Assembly: GCA_037444485.1 (NCBI GenBank)
Contig: JBBIMI010000007.1
Coordinates: 1-39,460, forward strand
Origin: Candidatus Micrarchaeota archaeon
Lineage (GTDB): Archaea > Micrarchaeota > Micrarchaeia > Norongarragalinales > Norongarragalinaceae
Direction of reading: 5' to 3'
DNA: 39,460 bases
The notes under the pieces are model-generated. The model worked only from the letters and a program-made list of their open reading frames with translations, made no database searches and had not been told where the DNA came from. Made by a program: the position numbers and the translations under genes. Within the stretch, counting starts at the first letter, position 1. The number at the start of each line of letters is the position of its first letter. This document shows, one piece after another, positions 10,021 through 18,486 of this stretch.

Positions 10021-10251
10021 ATGGGCGGCGTGACTACGATACAATTAGACCAGTCGGTCGTGAAAGCTCTCAAGGAAATCAAGGATTTTCCCAGACAGAC
10101 GTATAACGAGCAAGTCGTGCGTTTGATAGCGGTTTTCAAGAGCGTGAAGAAGAGGAACCAGTATTACGAGTTTCTGCACAAGATCCAGCAGCCTAAAATG
10201 AAGGAATTGTGGGATAACGAGAAAGACGGGACACGCGTCAAGTCGCGTTGA
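10021..10251 (+). CDS. Small RHH/antitoxin-like DNA-binding protein
   Basis: TTIQL...V.K.LK..K..PRQTYNE.V.RLI pattern typical of small archaeal ribbon-helix-helix proteins; C-terminal KELWDNEKD. Confidence 0.55.
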   Translation: MGGVTTIQLDQSVVKALKEIKDFPRQTYNEQVVRLIAVFKSVKKRNQYYEFLHKIQQPKMKELWDNEKDGTRVKSR

Positions 10252-10634
10252 CGCTTGCGGGCCGCTTTTGTTTTTCTCCCCGCTTTGTTTCGTAATAGTT
10301 TTTGAATTGGTAAAACGCTTCCCGAAGCTTGTTGCGTTTTTCGTCTGCTTCGAGTTCTTCAATGAAGTCTTTGAACTTGAAGAGGCCGGGTTTTTGCGGC
10401 AGGTTCAAGTCAAGCAGCAAGCCGTGCGGCACTTTCAAGAAGAAAAACAGGCGGTGCAGGTCGCCGTAAAAAAAATTCTTGGGCGGCCTCGCGGTGCTGT
10501 TGAAGCAGTTGCCGCGCGGTCTTCGAATGCTTGAGCACGTGATGCGTATAGTCCACGGTGTCGTCAGTCAATTCTCCGGCAATGCTTTCGGACACCCGCT
10601 TGTAACTCCTGATTTTTTGCTGCAGCGACGCCAC
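10238..10634 (-). pseudogene. Hypothetical protein split by a frameshift in a T8 run
   Basis: ORF 10410-10634 and ORF 10238-10438 join into one frame (...QEFFYGDLHRLFFFLKVPHG...) if the minus-strand T8 at about 10468-10475 is read as T7. Confidence 0.55.
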
Positions 10635-10659
10635 TAGTTTTTCACCGTTCCCCGTCCGC

Positions 10660-11307
10660 TCACGCTATTACGCGCGCGTCTACGATACACGCTTCGCGTC
10701 CACTCGCGATGACGGGGTTGAAGTCGAGTTCCTGCACGCGCTTTTCTTTCAGCATTAAACGCGAGGTCTTCAAGATTATTGACGCAATCGCGTCGAAGTC
10801 TACTTTCTTGCCGCGAAAGCCTTTCTCGCTGAAAAAAGCGCTTGCCTTCGTTTCGAAAACCATTTCGCGAACGTCTTGCCGCGTCAACGGCGCGACTCGA
10901 ACCGCGACGTCTTGAAACAATTCCGTGAGCAAGCCTCCGCTGCCAAACAACACCGTCTCTCCGAAAACCGGGTCTCGCTTGCCGCCGATTATGAACTCGA
11001 CGCCGCTCTTTTGTTCTTGCAGCAGAAAACCTTCGAGCACGATTCCGTGCTTGCACGCGTTCTCCGAAATTTGTTTGAATGCCGCGAGCACTTCCCGCTC
11101 GGAATGCAGCATTGTCTTGACTAGTCCGGCTTCAGTTTTGTGCACTTCGCGCGGCGCGAGTGCCTTGAGAACGAAGGGAAACGATAGTCTTCTCACTGCT
11201 TTCACAAGCTCGCTTTCGCGCTTGAAGAATGCTTCGCTGCATGCGGGTAAGTGATACTTGCGCAAAAGCGCTTTTGTTTCAGCGTAAGAAAATTGTGAAG
11301 GTTCCAT
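10660..11307 (-). CDS. acdB: Acetate/acyl-CoA ligase (ADP-forming) beta subunit, ATP-grasp
   Basis: FPFVLK, HKTEAGLV, E.IIGGKRDPVFG..V.FGSGG...E.F.DV, ELDFNPV and VDAR motifs. Confidence 0.88.
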   Translation of the reverse strand: MEPSQFSYAETKALLRKYHLPACSEAFFKRESELVKAVRRLSFPFVLKALAPREVHKTEAGLVKTMLHSEREVLAAFKQISENACKHGIVLEGFLLQEQKSGVEFIIGGKRDPVFGETVLFGSGGLLTELFQDVAVRVAPLTRQDVREMVFETKASAFFSEKGFRGKKVDFDAIASIILKTSRLMLKEKRVQELDFNPVIASGREACIVDARVIA

Positions 11308-11316
11308 AAAGAGAAA

Positions 11317-11387
11317 GAATGCTTGCAAGAATTAAAAAACTTTGGAACGCGCGCAAGGGAATGCTTGCGAGGATTAAAAAACTTTGG
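11317..11387. repeat. Direct duplication of a 29-nt segment (GAATGCTTGC.AG.ATTAAAAAACTTTGG) in a divergent promoter region
   Basis: Copies at 11317-11345 and 11359-11387, each containing a TATA-like TTAAAAA. Confidence 0.75.
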
Positions 11388-11418
11388 CGTGCTATCGTTT
11401 TTTGGGAATTGGATAGAA

Positions 11419-12699
11419 ATGAAGCTAATTTTTCTCGGCGCTACGCGTCAAGTGGGGAAAAGCTGCGTTCTCGCTGAGTTGAATCAAGTGCGGTTGTTGT
11501 TGGACTCGGGTTTAAAGATTCATGACGGGAACGAGCCACCCAACTTACGCCAACACAACTTTGACGCTGCAGTGCTCACGCACGCGCATCTCGACCACAG
11601 CGGCAGCGCGCCCACGCTCTCGCATTACGGTGACGCGCCGGTTTTCACCACGTTTCCCACAATTCCGTTGACGAACCTCTTGCTGGAAGACAGCGAGAAA
11701 GTAGCATTACGCAACAAAAAAAACTTGCCGTTCTCGAAGCAGGACGCCAAGCGCTTGCAGAAAAAGTTTTTCGGGCTGCCATTCGAGCACGAGTACGAGT
11801 TTTACGATGGAACGCGCTTTACGTTGAAAGATGCGGGCCATATTCCGGGCAGCGCGCAGGTTTTTGCAACAAACGGCGAAAAAAACTTGTGGTACACCGG
11901 CGACTTTAATTACGCGGAAACGATGCTTCACGCGCCAGCAGTCCTTCCAGACGCTGGAACAGAAATTGATGCGCTAGTGATTGAAAGCACTTACGCGAAC
12001 CGCGACCACCCGCCGCGCAACGAACTCGAAAAAATTTTTTGCGATGAAGTGCAAGCTGCGTTGAACGCCGGCAAGACCGTGCTCGTGCCAAGCTTTGCAG
12101 TCGGCAGAATGCAGGAAATCGCGTTAGTGTTAAACGAAAACAAAAACCGGGTGCGGGGCGAAGTATACTTTGACGGAATGGGCACGAAAGTAAACGAGAT
12201 AATCCTCGACTTTCCTTCTTACGTGCGTGACGCCGGCGCGTTGAACGCCGCACTTCGCCGCGCTAGAATCGTAGAGTCGAAACGTGAACGCAAGCTAATC
12301 ACGCAAAAACCATGCATCATAGTTTCAAGCGCGGGAATGCTTGACGGGGGTCCTGCATTGTCGTACCTGCAAGCGTTGAACAAGAATAACAACGGCGTTG
12401 TTTTTCTGACCGGTTTTCAAGTTTCAAGCACTAACGGCTGGCGGCTTGTGAACGGGCTTCCGCTGCGCGTGAATGATGGCGCGCGGCTCGAAAAAATTAT
12501 TCTACCATTCAAGCACTTCGATTTTTCCGCGCACACGGGCAGAACACAGTTGTTCGACTTCGTCAAACGCGTGAATCCAAAAAAAGTTTTTTGCGTTCAC
12601 GGCGATGCAGAGGTATGCGACGAGTTCGCGCGGGAACTACGCGAAGACCACGGTTTCGACGCAGTCGCGCCCGAAGAAGGGCAAGTTTTCAACGCTTAA
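11419..12699 (+). CDS. MBL-fold beta-CASP ribonuclease (aCPSF2-like)
   Basis: FLGA...VGKSC, LLDSG, THAHLDHSG, AGHIPG, YTGD, IESTY, DFSAH and VHG motifs; ATG at 11419. Confidence 0.9.
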   Translation: MKLIFLGATRQVGKSCVLAELNQVRLLLDSGLKIHDGNEPPNLRQHNFDAAVLTHAHLDHSGSAPTLSHYGDAPVFTTFPTIPLTNLLLEDSEKVALRNKKNLPFSKQDAKRLQKKFFGLPFEHEYEFYDGTRFTLKDAGHIPGSAQVFATNGEKNLWYTGDFNYAETMLHAPAVLPDAGTEIDALVIESTYANRDHPPRNELEKIFCDEVQAALNAGKTVLVPSFAVGRMQEIALVLNENKNRVRGEVYFDGMGTKVNEIILDFPSYVRDAGALNAALRRARIVESKRERKLITQKPCIIVSSAGMLDGGPALSYLQALNKNNNGVVFLTGFQVSSTNGWRLVNGLPLRVNDGARLEKIILPFKHFDFSAHTGRTQLFDFVKRVNPKKVFCVHGDAEVCDEFARELREDHGFDAVAPEEGQVFNA

Positions 12700-12721
12700 A
12701 GGGTAGGAATTGGGATTTGTG

Positions 12722-12802
12722 GGTGTTGGTTGAAATGCTTGAAATTGGGAGGTGTTGGTTGAAATGCTTGAGGTTGGGGGGTGTTGGTTGAAATGCTTGA
12801 AA
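12722..12802. repeat. 29-nt tandem repeat (~2.8 copies) spanning the RBS/start of the next gene
   Basis: GGTGTTGGTTGAAATGCTTGA starts at 12722, 12751 and 12780. Confidence 0.85.
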
Positions 12803-13305
12803 ATGTTCACTTGAAAAAACTTGTTTTCGAGTACTCGAAAATAACTGAATTCGTTTTCGTTGGCTCAAACCAGTGCTGCACCTATCACTTTAAAAAAGAA
12901 TTGTTAGATAAAGGAGTGAAGGCTGACGTTAGTCTCGAGGAAGAGAGGTTAGACCAACCGTTTGGGGTTGATTACTACTTGTGGCTGCCTGTTAAAGAAC
13001 GTGAATCCCCTAGTTTCAAGCAACTATTGATTGGCGCGAACTTCATCAAACAATTGGTTGACAACAACGTAAAGGTTTACGTTCACTGCGAGCACGGGCA
13101 TGCTAGAGCACCAACGCTAGTCGCCGCGTACATGGTTTTGAACGGGTTAAGCGTTCGTAAAGCACTCGAATTAATCAAGAAAAAAAGACCAGTCATTCAC
13201 TTGCACACCAGGCAGTTGAAGGCCCTAGAAAAATTTGCGAAACTAATTTGTGAAACTAAACGCGCCGCAAGCCAGTTCCACGCGAAACCTGAAAAAGGTG
13301 TTTGA
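12793..13305 (+). CDS. Dual-specificity/protein-tyrosine phosphatase family protein
   Basis: VYVHCEHGHARA = HCX5R P-loop; A..LIKKKRP motif; exact start uncertain because of the repeat. Confidence 0.85.
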   Translation: MLENVHLKKLVFEYSKITEFVFVGSNQCCTYHFKKELLDKGVKADVSLEEERLDQPFGVDYYLWLPVKERESPSFKQLLIGANFIKQLVDNNVKVYVHCEHGHARAPTLVAAYMVLNGLSVRKALELIKKKRPVIHLHTRQLKALEKFAKLICETKRAASQFHAKPEKGV

Positions 13306-13309
13306 AAAA

Positions 13310-14461
13310 ATGCGTTTGTTGATGCTCAACCCTTTCTTTCACCCGTACCAAGGCGGGACTGAAAAACACTTGCTTGAAGTCGGGAGACGCCTCGCGAAAA
13401 ACCACCGCGTCACAGTGCTCACCGCGAAAATAAAGGGCACGACGCAACAAGAAAAAATTAATGGCGTGAACGTATTCCGCACGCGAGCGTGGATAATGCA
13501 GAAAGCACCGCACCCGATTCCACCACCCATTCCAATAATGCCTAACTTGTTGAGCGACTTACGCAAACTCGCGCAAGAAAACGACTTGGTGCACTTGCAC
13601 AACAGGTTCGTGTACGGATTGAATGAAACCTCGCTCGTCAAGAAACTCGAAAAAAAATTATGTTTGACGCTTCACAACGCGCGCCCCAAAGGAATCGACA
13701 TCGCAACAGACTTTTGGGGGCAAGCGTACGACCGCGCAATAGGACGCGTAATAATGAATAGGTGCGACGGAGTGCTTGCAGTCAGCAAAGCCACCCTCGA
13801 TTCGACGCTGCCGAAAAACTATGATGGCGTGACGGGAATCGCTTACAACGGTGTCGACTTGAAGCTCTTCAACCCTAAAAACAATGGTGGAGAGTGGCGC
13901 GCGCGCTTCGCGCAACACGGACTCGAGGAAGGCGAACGCGTCGTGCTTACCGCTGCACGGCTCGTAAAACAGAAGGGAATCGTCGACTTGATTGACGCGA
14001 TGCACTTCATCCACAACGAAGCGCGCCTCGTCGTGTTCGGCCGCGGCCCGCTACTCAAGAAACTGCAAAACCACGCGCGAAAAAAAAGGGTGCCGGCGAT
14101 TTTCGTCACAGAACGCGTCAGCGACGAGTCGCTCGCGCGCTTGTACGCTGCAAGCGACGTTTTCGTCCTGCCAAGCGTGTGGGAACCCTTCGGAATGGTG
14201 CTCGTGGAGGCAATGGCAAGCGGCAAGCCCGTAGTCGGAACGCGCGTCGGCGGAATTCCTGAAATCATTAAAGACAACGAAAACGGGTTGCTCGCGCCGC
14301 CGCATGACGCGCGCGAACTCGCGCACGCGATAAACCGGATTCTTGAAAACGGCAAGCTCGCGCGGCGTTTGGCGCGCGAAGGAAGAAAAACAGCTGAGAA
14401 AAAGTTCACGTGGGACAACTGCGCTAAAGCGTACGAAGAGTTCTACGAGCAACTTCTTTAA
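13310..14461 (+). CDS. Glycosyltransferase family 4 (GT-B)
   Basis: GGTEKH, NGVD, RLVKQKG, EPFGMVLVEAMASGKPVV and GGIPEII motifs. Confidence 0.92.
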   Translation: MRLLMLNPFFHPYQGGTEKHLLEVGRRLAKNHRVTVLTAKIKGTTQQEKINGVNVFRTRAWIMQKAPHPIPPPIPIMPNLLSDLRKLAQENDLVHLHNRFVYGLNETSLVKKLEKKLCLTLHNARPKGIDIATDFWGQAYDRAIGRVIMNRCDGVLAVSKATLDSTLPKNYDGVTGIAYNGVDLKLFNPKNNGGEWRARFAQHGLEEGERVVLTAARLVKQKGIVDLIDAMHFIHNEARLVVFGRGPLLKKLQNHARKKRVPAIFVTERVSDESLARLYAASDVFVLPSVWEPFGMVLVEAMASGKPVVGTRVGGIPEIIKDNENGLLAPPHDARELAHAINRILENGKLARRLAREGRKTAEKKFTWDNCAKAYEEFYEQLL

Positions 14462-14642
14462 GCAACTAGTTTAACGAGGTTCAGTCGACTTAAAGGGTTG
14501 CAGCGCTTTTTCCGCGCTTTTTCTGCGCCTTCCTTTTTTCTCGCTTTTTTTTGGATTTCTCGGTTTTCGTTTTTTTTTGGATTTCTCGGTTTTCGTTTTT
14601 TTTGGGGGGGCGTGCGTTTGAATTAGGGGAATCAAGCAAGAG

Positions 14643-16175
14643 TCAAGCGAATTTTAAGTCTTCAACGAATTCGATGCGGTTGCGCACTTCGTTCGGCCAG
14701 TTTTTTACTTCGAATCCTTTTTGTGACAAGAAGCTGCAGATGAGTCTCTCAAAGCTGGTGCCGGCGCATCCGCTCCATAACTCGCCTTTCTGGGTTTTAA
14801 CGCTGAAGCCTTTCGCGTACTTGTCGCCGTTGTTGCTGAGGTTCTGCGTTTCGAGGTATTCGCTTGTTTCGCGTGGTCCGCGCCAGGGAAGCCAGAATTC
14901 GTAGTCGATGGTGCCGACTCCTTCGCTTTCTTTTTCGCTGAGGGTTTTCTTGCCTTCTTGGGCGAGGAACCAAGGCGTTACCCAGAATTTCTTGAATTCG
15001 AGGTCTAGAACGTTGTCGAAAAACTTGGTGAGCGCTGCGTCGAGTTCGGCGAAAATTTGTCGCACTTGTTCGGGAGTGCCTAGAAAGATTGTTTCAATGC
15101 GGTGGAATTCTTCAAGGCGCGAGATGCCTTGCGTTCCTCCTGCTTCGTTTCTGTAAGTTGGGCCGCTCCAATCGAATGTTTTGAATGGAAGTGACTCGTC
15201 GCGAATGGTGTGGCCGCTTAAGTAGTTCCAGAATGGAGGGCATTGAGCGTAAGACATTATTCCGACTGGCGCGAGTTTTTGAGGAAACTCTTTGTCGTAA
15301 ACTTCGCCAGTAATGCGGAAGTAGTCTTTTTCTTTTACCCACGCGCGCGGGTTGCTTTCGCGTGGCACGAAAACAAAGAAAGCGTCAGGGTAAATGGTTT
15401 TAGCGTGCCCACTGCGTTTGGGAACATCCCAAGACTCGAATTTCGGGAAAAGCATTTCGCGGAAACCGAGGGGTGTGTAAACGTGTTCTAGAAGCAATGA
15501 TTTCAGCGCGTTGACGAGAACCGTGAAGTTTGGGCCGTAAACGAATTGCGCTTTCGCGCGCGTTCGTGCAATCCAGTGTCTTGCTTCGAGTTCGATTGCC
15601 GGGTCCTTGTCGTAAAAAACTTTTTTTTCACGCGAAGCCCACTTGAATTCCTTGACTTCACTCTTGCCTTCATAATATTGTGCTTCAATTTTTTCGTCTA
15701 ACAACGCGAGCAAGCGGTCGACGCTCCCGTTTTCTAGAAGCTCTTCGTTTAAGTCCCTAAAAACGATTTCCGCCTTGTCGCCCTTGAAATGCAGTGACTC
15801 GACGAAAAAACTTATCACCACGCCTTCCGCATCAAGCGGCTTTCTCTTCAACGCGTAATCGCTCACGCGAAATTCGCGAACGTGCAGCGCCTTGACGCCG
15901 ACGCGCAGCTTGCGCCCGAGTTCTTGATTCAACAAGTTACGCAGGCGGATTACGGCCGCGTGCGCGCGCACCACGCCTCCACTCTCGATTTGCGTGACGA
16001 GTCCATTCTTGTCAAGCCTCCAATCCGTTACTCGCGCGCCTTCCTGCGGTGCGTCGCGCGGCGCGCCGCGCGAGAGCACCGAATCGTTCGCCTGCTTCAA
16101 GATTTCGGAAAGCGCTTCTGCGTCCTTCGTCAAGTCGCGCGTGAACTCGAATTCTATTACCGCGTGAAACTTCAT
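14643..16175 (-). CDS. serS: Serine--tRNA ligase, type 2 (methanogen-type, Zn-dependent)
   Basis: YAQCPPF, FDWSGPTYRNEAGG, RLEEFHRIE and WSGCAG.SFER motifs, plus the long N-terminal domain (RGAP...E.A, RAHAA..RL, GV+.+.V) characteristic of methanogenic SerRS. Confidence 0.88.
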   Translation of the reverse strand: MKFHAVIEFEFTRDLTKDAEALSEILKQANDSVLSRGAPRDAPQEGARVTDWRLDKNGLVTQIESGGVVRAHAAVIRLRNLLNQELGRKLRVGVKALHVREFRVSDYALKRKPLDAEGVVISFFVESLHFKGDKAEIVFRDLNEELLENGSVDRLLALLDEKIEAQYYEGKSEVKEFKWASREKKVFYDKDPAIELEARHWIARTRAKAQFVYGPNFTVLVNALKSLLLEHVYTPLGFREMLFPKFESWDVPKRSGHAKTIYPDAFFVFVPRESNPRAWVKEKDYFRITGEVYDKEFPQKLAPVGIMSYAQCPPFWNYLSGHTIRDESLPFKTFDWSGPTYRNEAGGTQGISRLEEFHRIETIFLGTPEQVRQIFAELDAALTKFFDNVLDLEFKKFWVTPWFLAQEGKKTLSEKESEGVGTIDYEFWLPWRGPRETSEYLETQNLSNNGDKYAKGFSVKTQKGELWSGCAGTSFERLICSFLSQKGFEVKNWPNEVRNRIEFVEDLKFA

Positions 16176-16226
16176 GAAAACCACACGAAAACCATAACAC
16201 ACTTTGTTTTTCTTCAGTGTCTTTAT

Positions 16227-16784
16227 TCAGTGTCTCAGCATTTCGCTGCGGGCTTGCTCGACCTGCGAACGCAGCACGTCCTGCTTGCGCTTGAGCGCGC
16301 CCACGAGCGAAGAGGAAAACTTGATGACCATTAGTTCGTCGTACAACTCGCTCATTTTCTTGAAGTAGTACTCGGCGTCCTCGCGCTTGCCTTCGCGTAA
16401 CGCGAGTTGCAGCGCGCGGCGGAGTTCGCCAACGCAGTCTGCGAGGCCGGATAGGTACGGAAGCCACGGGATTCCCAGCTGCTTGTAATCAGGCACGCTT
16501 GTTTTTTCGAGTAATGCGAGCAGCGTTTTAACTTCCGCGTACTCTTGGTAAGCAGCGAACGCGATGTTCTCGAAGCCCTCATCGTTTTCGCGGAGTTCCT
16601 TCACTTGCGCGTCGAGTTTTTTTATTATTTCCTTGGCTTGCTTGAAGTCGTTCGCGTGCAAAAACTTTATGGCGCGCGCGCAGTCGCGCACGACCAGCCG
16701 CGTTTTTTGGAGCGTGAAATCCTGCCGCTTTTCAAGCTCTTCAAGTTCTTTCGTGATTTCATCGATTATTTTCGTTAAATCCAT
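16227..16784 (-). CDS. Translin/TRAX (C3PO) family RNA-binding protein/nuclease
   Basis: All-helical protein with QEYAE, YL.GLAD.VGELRR and LKRKQD..R motifs. Confidence 0.85.
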   Translation of the reverse strand: MDLTKIIDEITKELEELEKRQDFTLQKTRLVVRDCARAIKFLHANDFKQAKEIIKKLDAQVKELRENDEGFENIAFAAYQEYAEVKTLLALLEKTSVPDYKQLGIPWLPYLSGLADCVGELRRALQLALREGKREDAEYYFKKMSELYDELMVIKFSSSLVGALKRKQDVLRSQVEQARSEMLRH

Positions 16785-16898
16785 TTTTTTCACTCGTTTC
16801 AATGCAACGATATTTTTTAAGTCCTGCGTGATTAAAAATATGTTGTTTCAAGAAAGCATTGCTTGAGGGATGAATCGATTAAAAAATGAGTGACTTAA

Positions 16899-17159
16899 AT
16901 GAGTGACTTGATTGGGGTTTTCGGCGCTGTTCTCATCACCATAGGATGGGTTTTCGAAGCAAGGGAAGTGTTTCGCTTGCGGCGCTCGCGCTTGGAGTGG
17001 CACTTCAACGCGTTGTACGCGATAGGCTCGCTCGCGCTCGTAGTTTACGCGCTTTCCATAAACTCGTTAATATTCGCTGCATTAAACTCTCTCACATTGT
17101 TCATGGCGCTAGTCAGCCTGCATTATAAACTGCGCGAAAAGTTTTATAGAAAGCGTTAG
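16899..17159 (+). CDS. Small 3-TM membrane protein, SemiSWEET/PQ-loop-like
   Basis: DLIG..GA.LI.IGW, then F..LYAIGS..L.VYA and IF..LN; 86 aa with three hydrophobic segments. Confidence 0.6.
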   Translation: MSDLIGVFGAVLITIGWVFEAREVFRLRRSRLEWHFNALYAIGSLALVVYALSINSLIFAALNSLTLFMALVSLHYKLREKFYRKR

Positions 17160-17173
17160 AAAACCTGGTTTTT

Positions 17174-18454
17174 ATGATAACTTGGATTGACGTTGTCTTC
17201 TACGCCGCCAACATTTTTTTTCTCTACGTGACGATAGTCTTCCTCTTGACGTTCCTAGAAAACCGCGGCAAGACGCTTGAAAACCCGAAGCCTAAACGCT
17301 TTCCCACGCTCAGCGTCATTATTCCCGCGCGCAACGAAGGCGCGAACATCAAGAAAACCATTGAAAGCGTTTTAGCGTTGGAATACCCGAAACCCTTCGA
17401 AATCATAGTAGTAAACCATTCAAGCACCGACGACACGCTTTTCAAAGCACGCGAAGCGCTGCGCGGACACAAAAAAGCGCGCGTGATTACAGCTCCACCA
17501 GGCGGAGGCAAGGCAGCTGCGTTGAATGCGGGCTTACGCGTTGCAAAAGGAGAGCTCGTCGCGACCGTCGACGCAGACTCTTTTCCTGAACCAGACGCGT
17601 TGTTGAAGATGGTCGGGTATTTCAACGACGAGAAAGTCGCCGCAGTAACCGCGTCAGTGAAAGTCAGCGAACCGAAAAGCTTTTTACAATTCATTCAATT
17701 CGTGGAATACGTTTCAATGAACTACCTCAGAAAGACAGCTTCCTTCCTGCAGGGAATAAGCTGCACTCCAGGCCCGCTTTCAGCATTCCGCGCGAGTGTG
17801 CTGCGCAAAGTCGGCGGCTTCGAGTACGGGAATATTACTGAAGACACGGAAATCGCATTGCGCTTGCAGTCGAAAGGCTACAAAATCGAGAACGCTTTCA
17901 ACGCAATCGCGCGCAGCGTGGCGCCGTACTCGCTGCGCGGCCTCGTTAGGCAACGCGTGCGTTGGTACCACGGCGCGCTCGTCAACGCGAAAAAATATTT
18001 TTTCGTTTTCTTCAACGCGCGTTACGGAAGCTTGGGTTGGTTCATCCTCCCCACGAACTTCATTGCAGTCGTGCTCGCGATTTTCGTGTTGTTCCGCTTG
18101 GCGTTGCTTGCATGGCAGAAACTGGTTTTCGTTACAGCCGCGTTGCTGGCCGCGCCTTCAAACAGTGCTGGCAGTGCAAGCGCGTTGCCGAAAGTATTTT
18201 TTGAAGAGTTTTTCAACTTGAATCAATTGCTTACGATAGATGTTGTTTTCGTCTTATCTTACCTCGCGCTCGTAATTTTCGCATTGTGGCTTAGCTTCCG
18301 GGCTGCAGGCGAGCGCTTCAAAATCAAGATGATTCCAGTGTACGTAATTTATTTATTCCTGTACTCGTTCCTAGTAACCGGAACCTGGATTATCGGCATT
18401 TTCCGCGCGTTGACGCGGAGAAAACCAGTTTGGGAAAACGCGAAAGCAGTTTGA
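17174..18454 (+). CDS. Processive membrane GT2 glycosyltransferase (cellulose synthase/PgaC-IcaA-like)
   Basis: IPARNE, GKAAALN, DADS, ITED and QRVRW motifs; N- and C-terminal TM helices. Confidence 0.88.
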   Translation: MITWIDVVFYAANIFFLYVTIVFLLTFLENRGKTLENPKPKRFPTLSVIIPARNEGANIKKTIESVLALEYPKPFEIIVVNHSSTDDTLFKAREALRGHKKARVITAPPGGGKAAALNAGLRVAKGELVATVDADSFPEPDALLKMVGYFNDEKVAAVTASVKVSEPKSFLQFIQFVEYVSMNYLRKTASFLQGISCTPGPLSAFRASVLRKVGGFEYGNITEDTEIALRLQSKGYKIENAFNAIARSVAPYSLRGLVRQRVRWYHGALVNAKKYFFVFFNARYGSLGWFILPTNFIAVVLAIFVLFRLALLAWQKLVFVTAALLAAPSNSAGSASALPKVFFEEFFNLNQLLTIDVVFVLSYLALVIFALWLSFRAAGERFKIKMIPVYVIYLFLYSFLVTGTWIIGIFRALTRRKPVWENAKAV

Positions 18455-18486
18455 GGTTCGACGTTGAGTTCGGCGTGGTGAAACAA

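Noticed and set aside
12722..12802. 29-nt repeats as a CRISPR mini-array
   Set aside because: Head-to-tail tandem copies without unique spacers.
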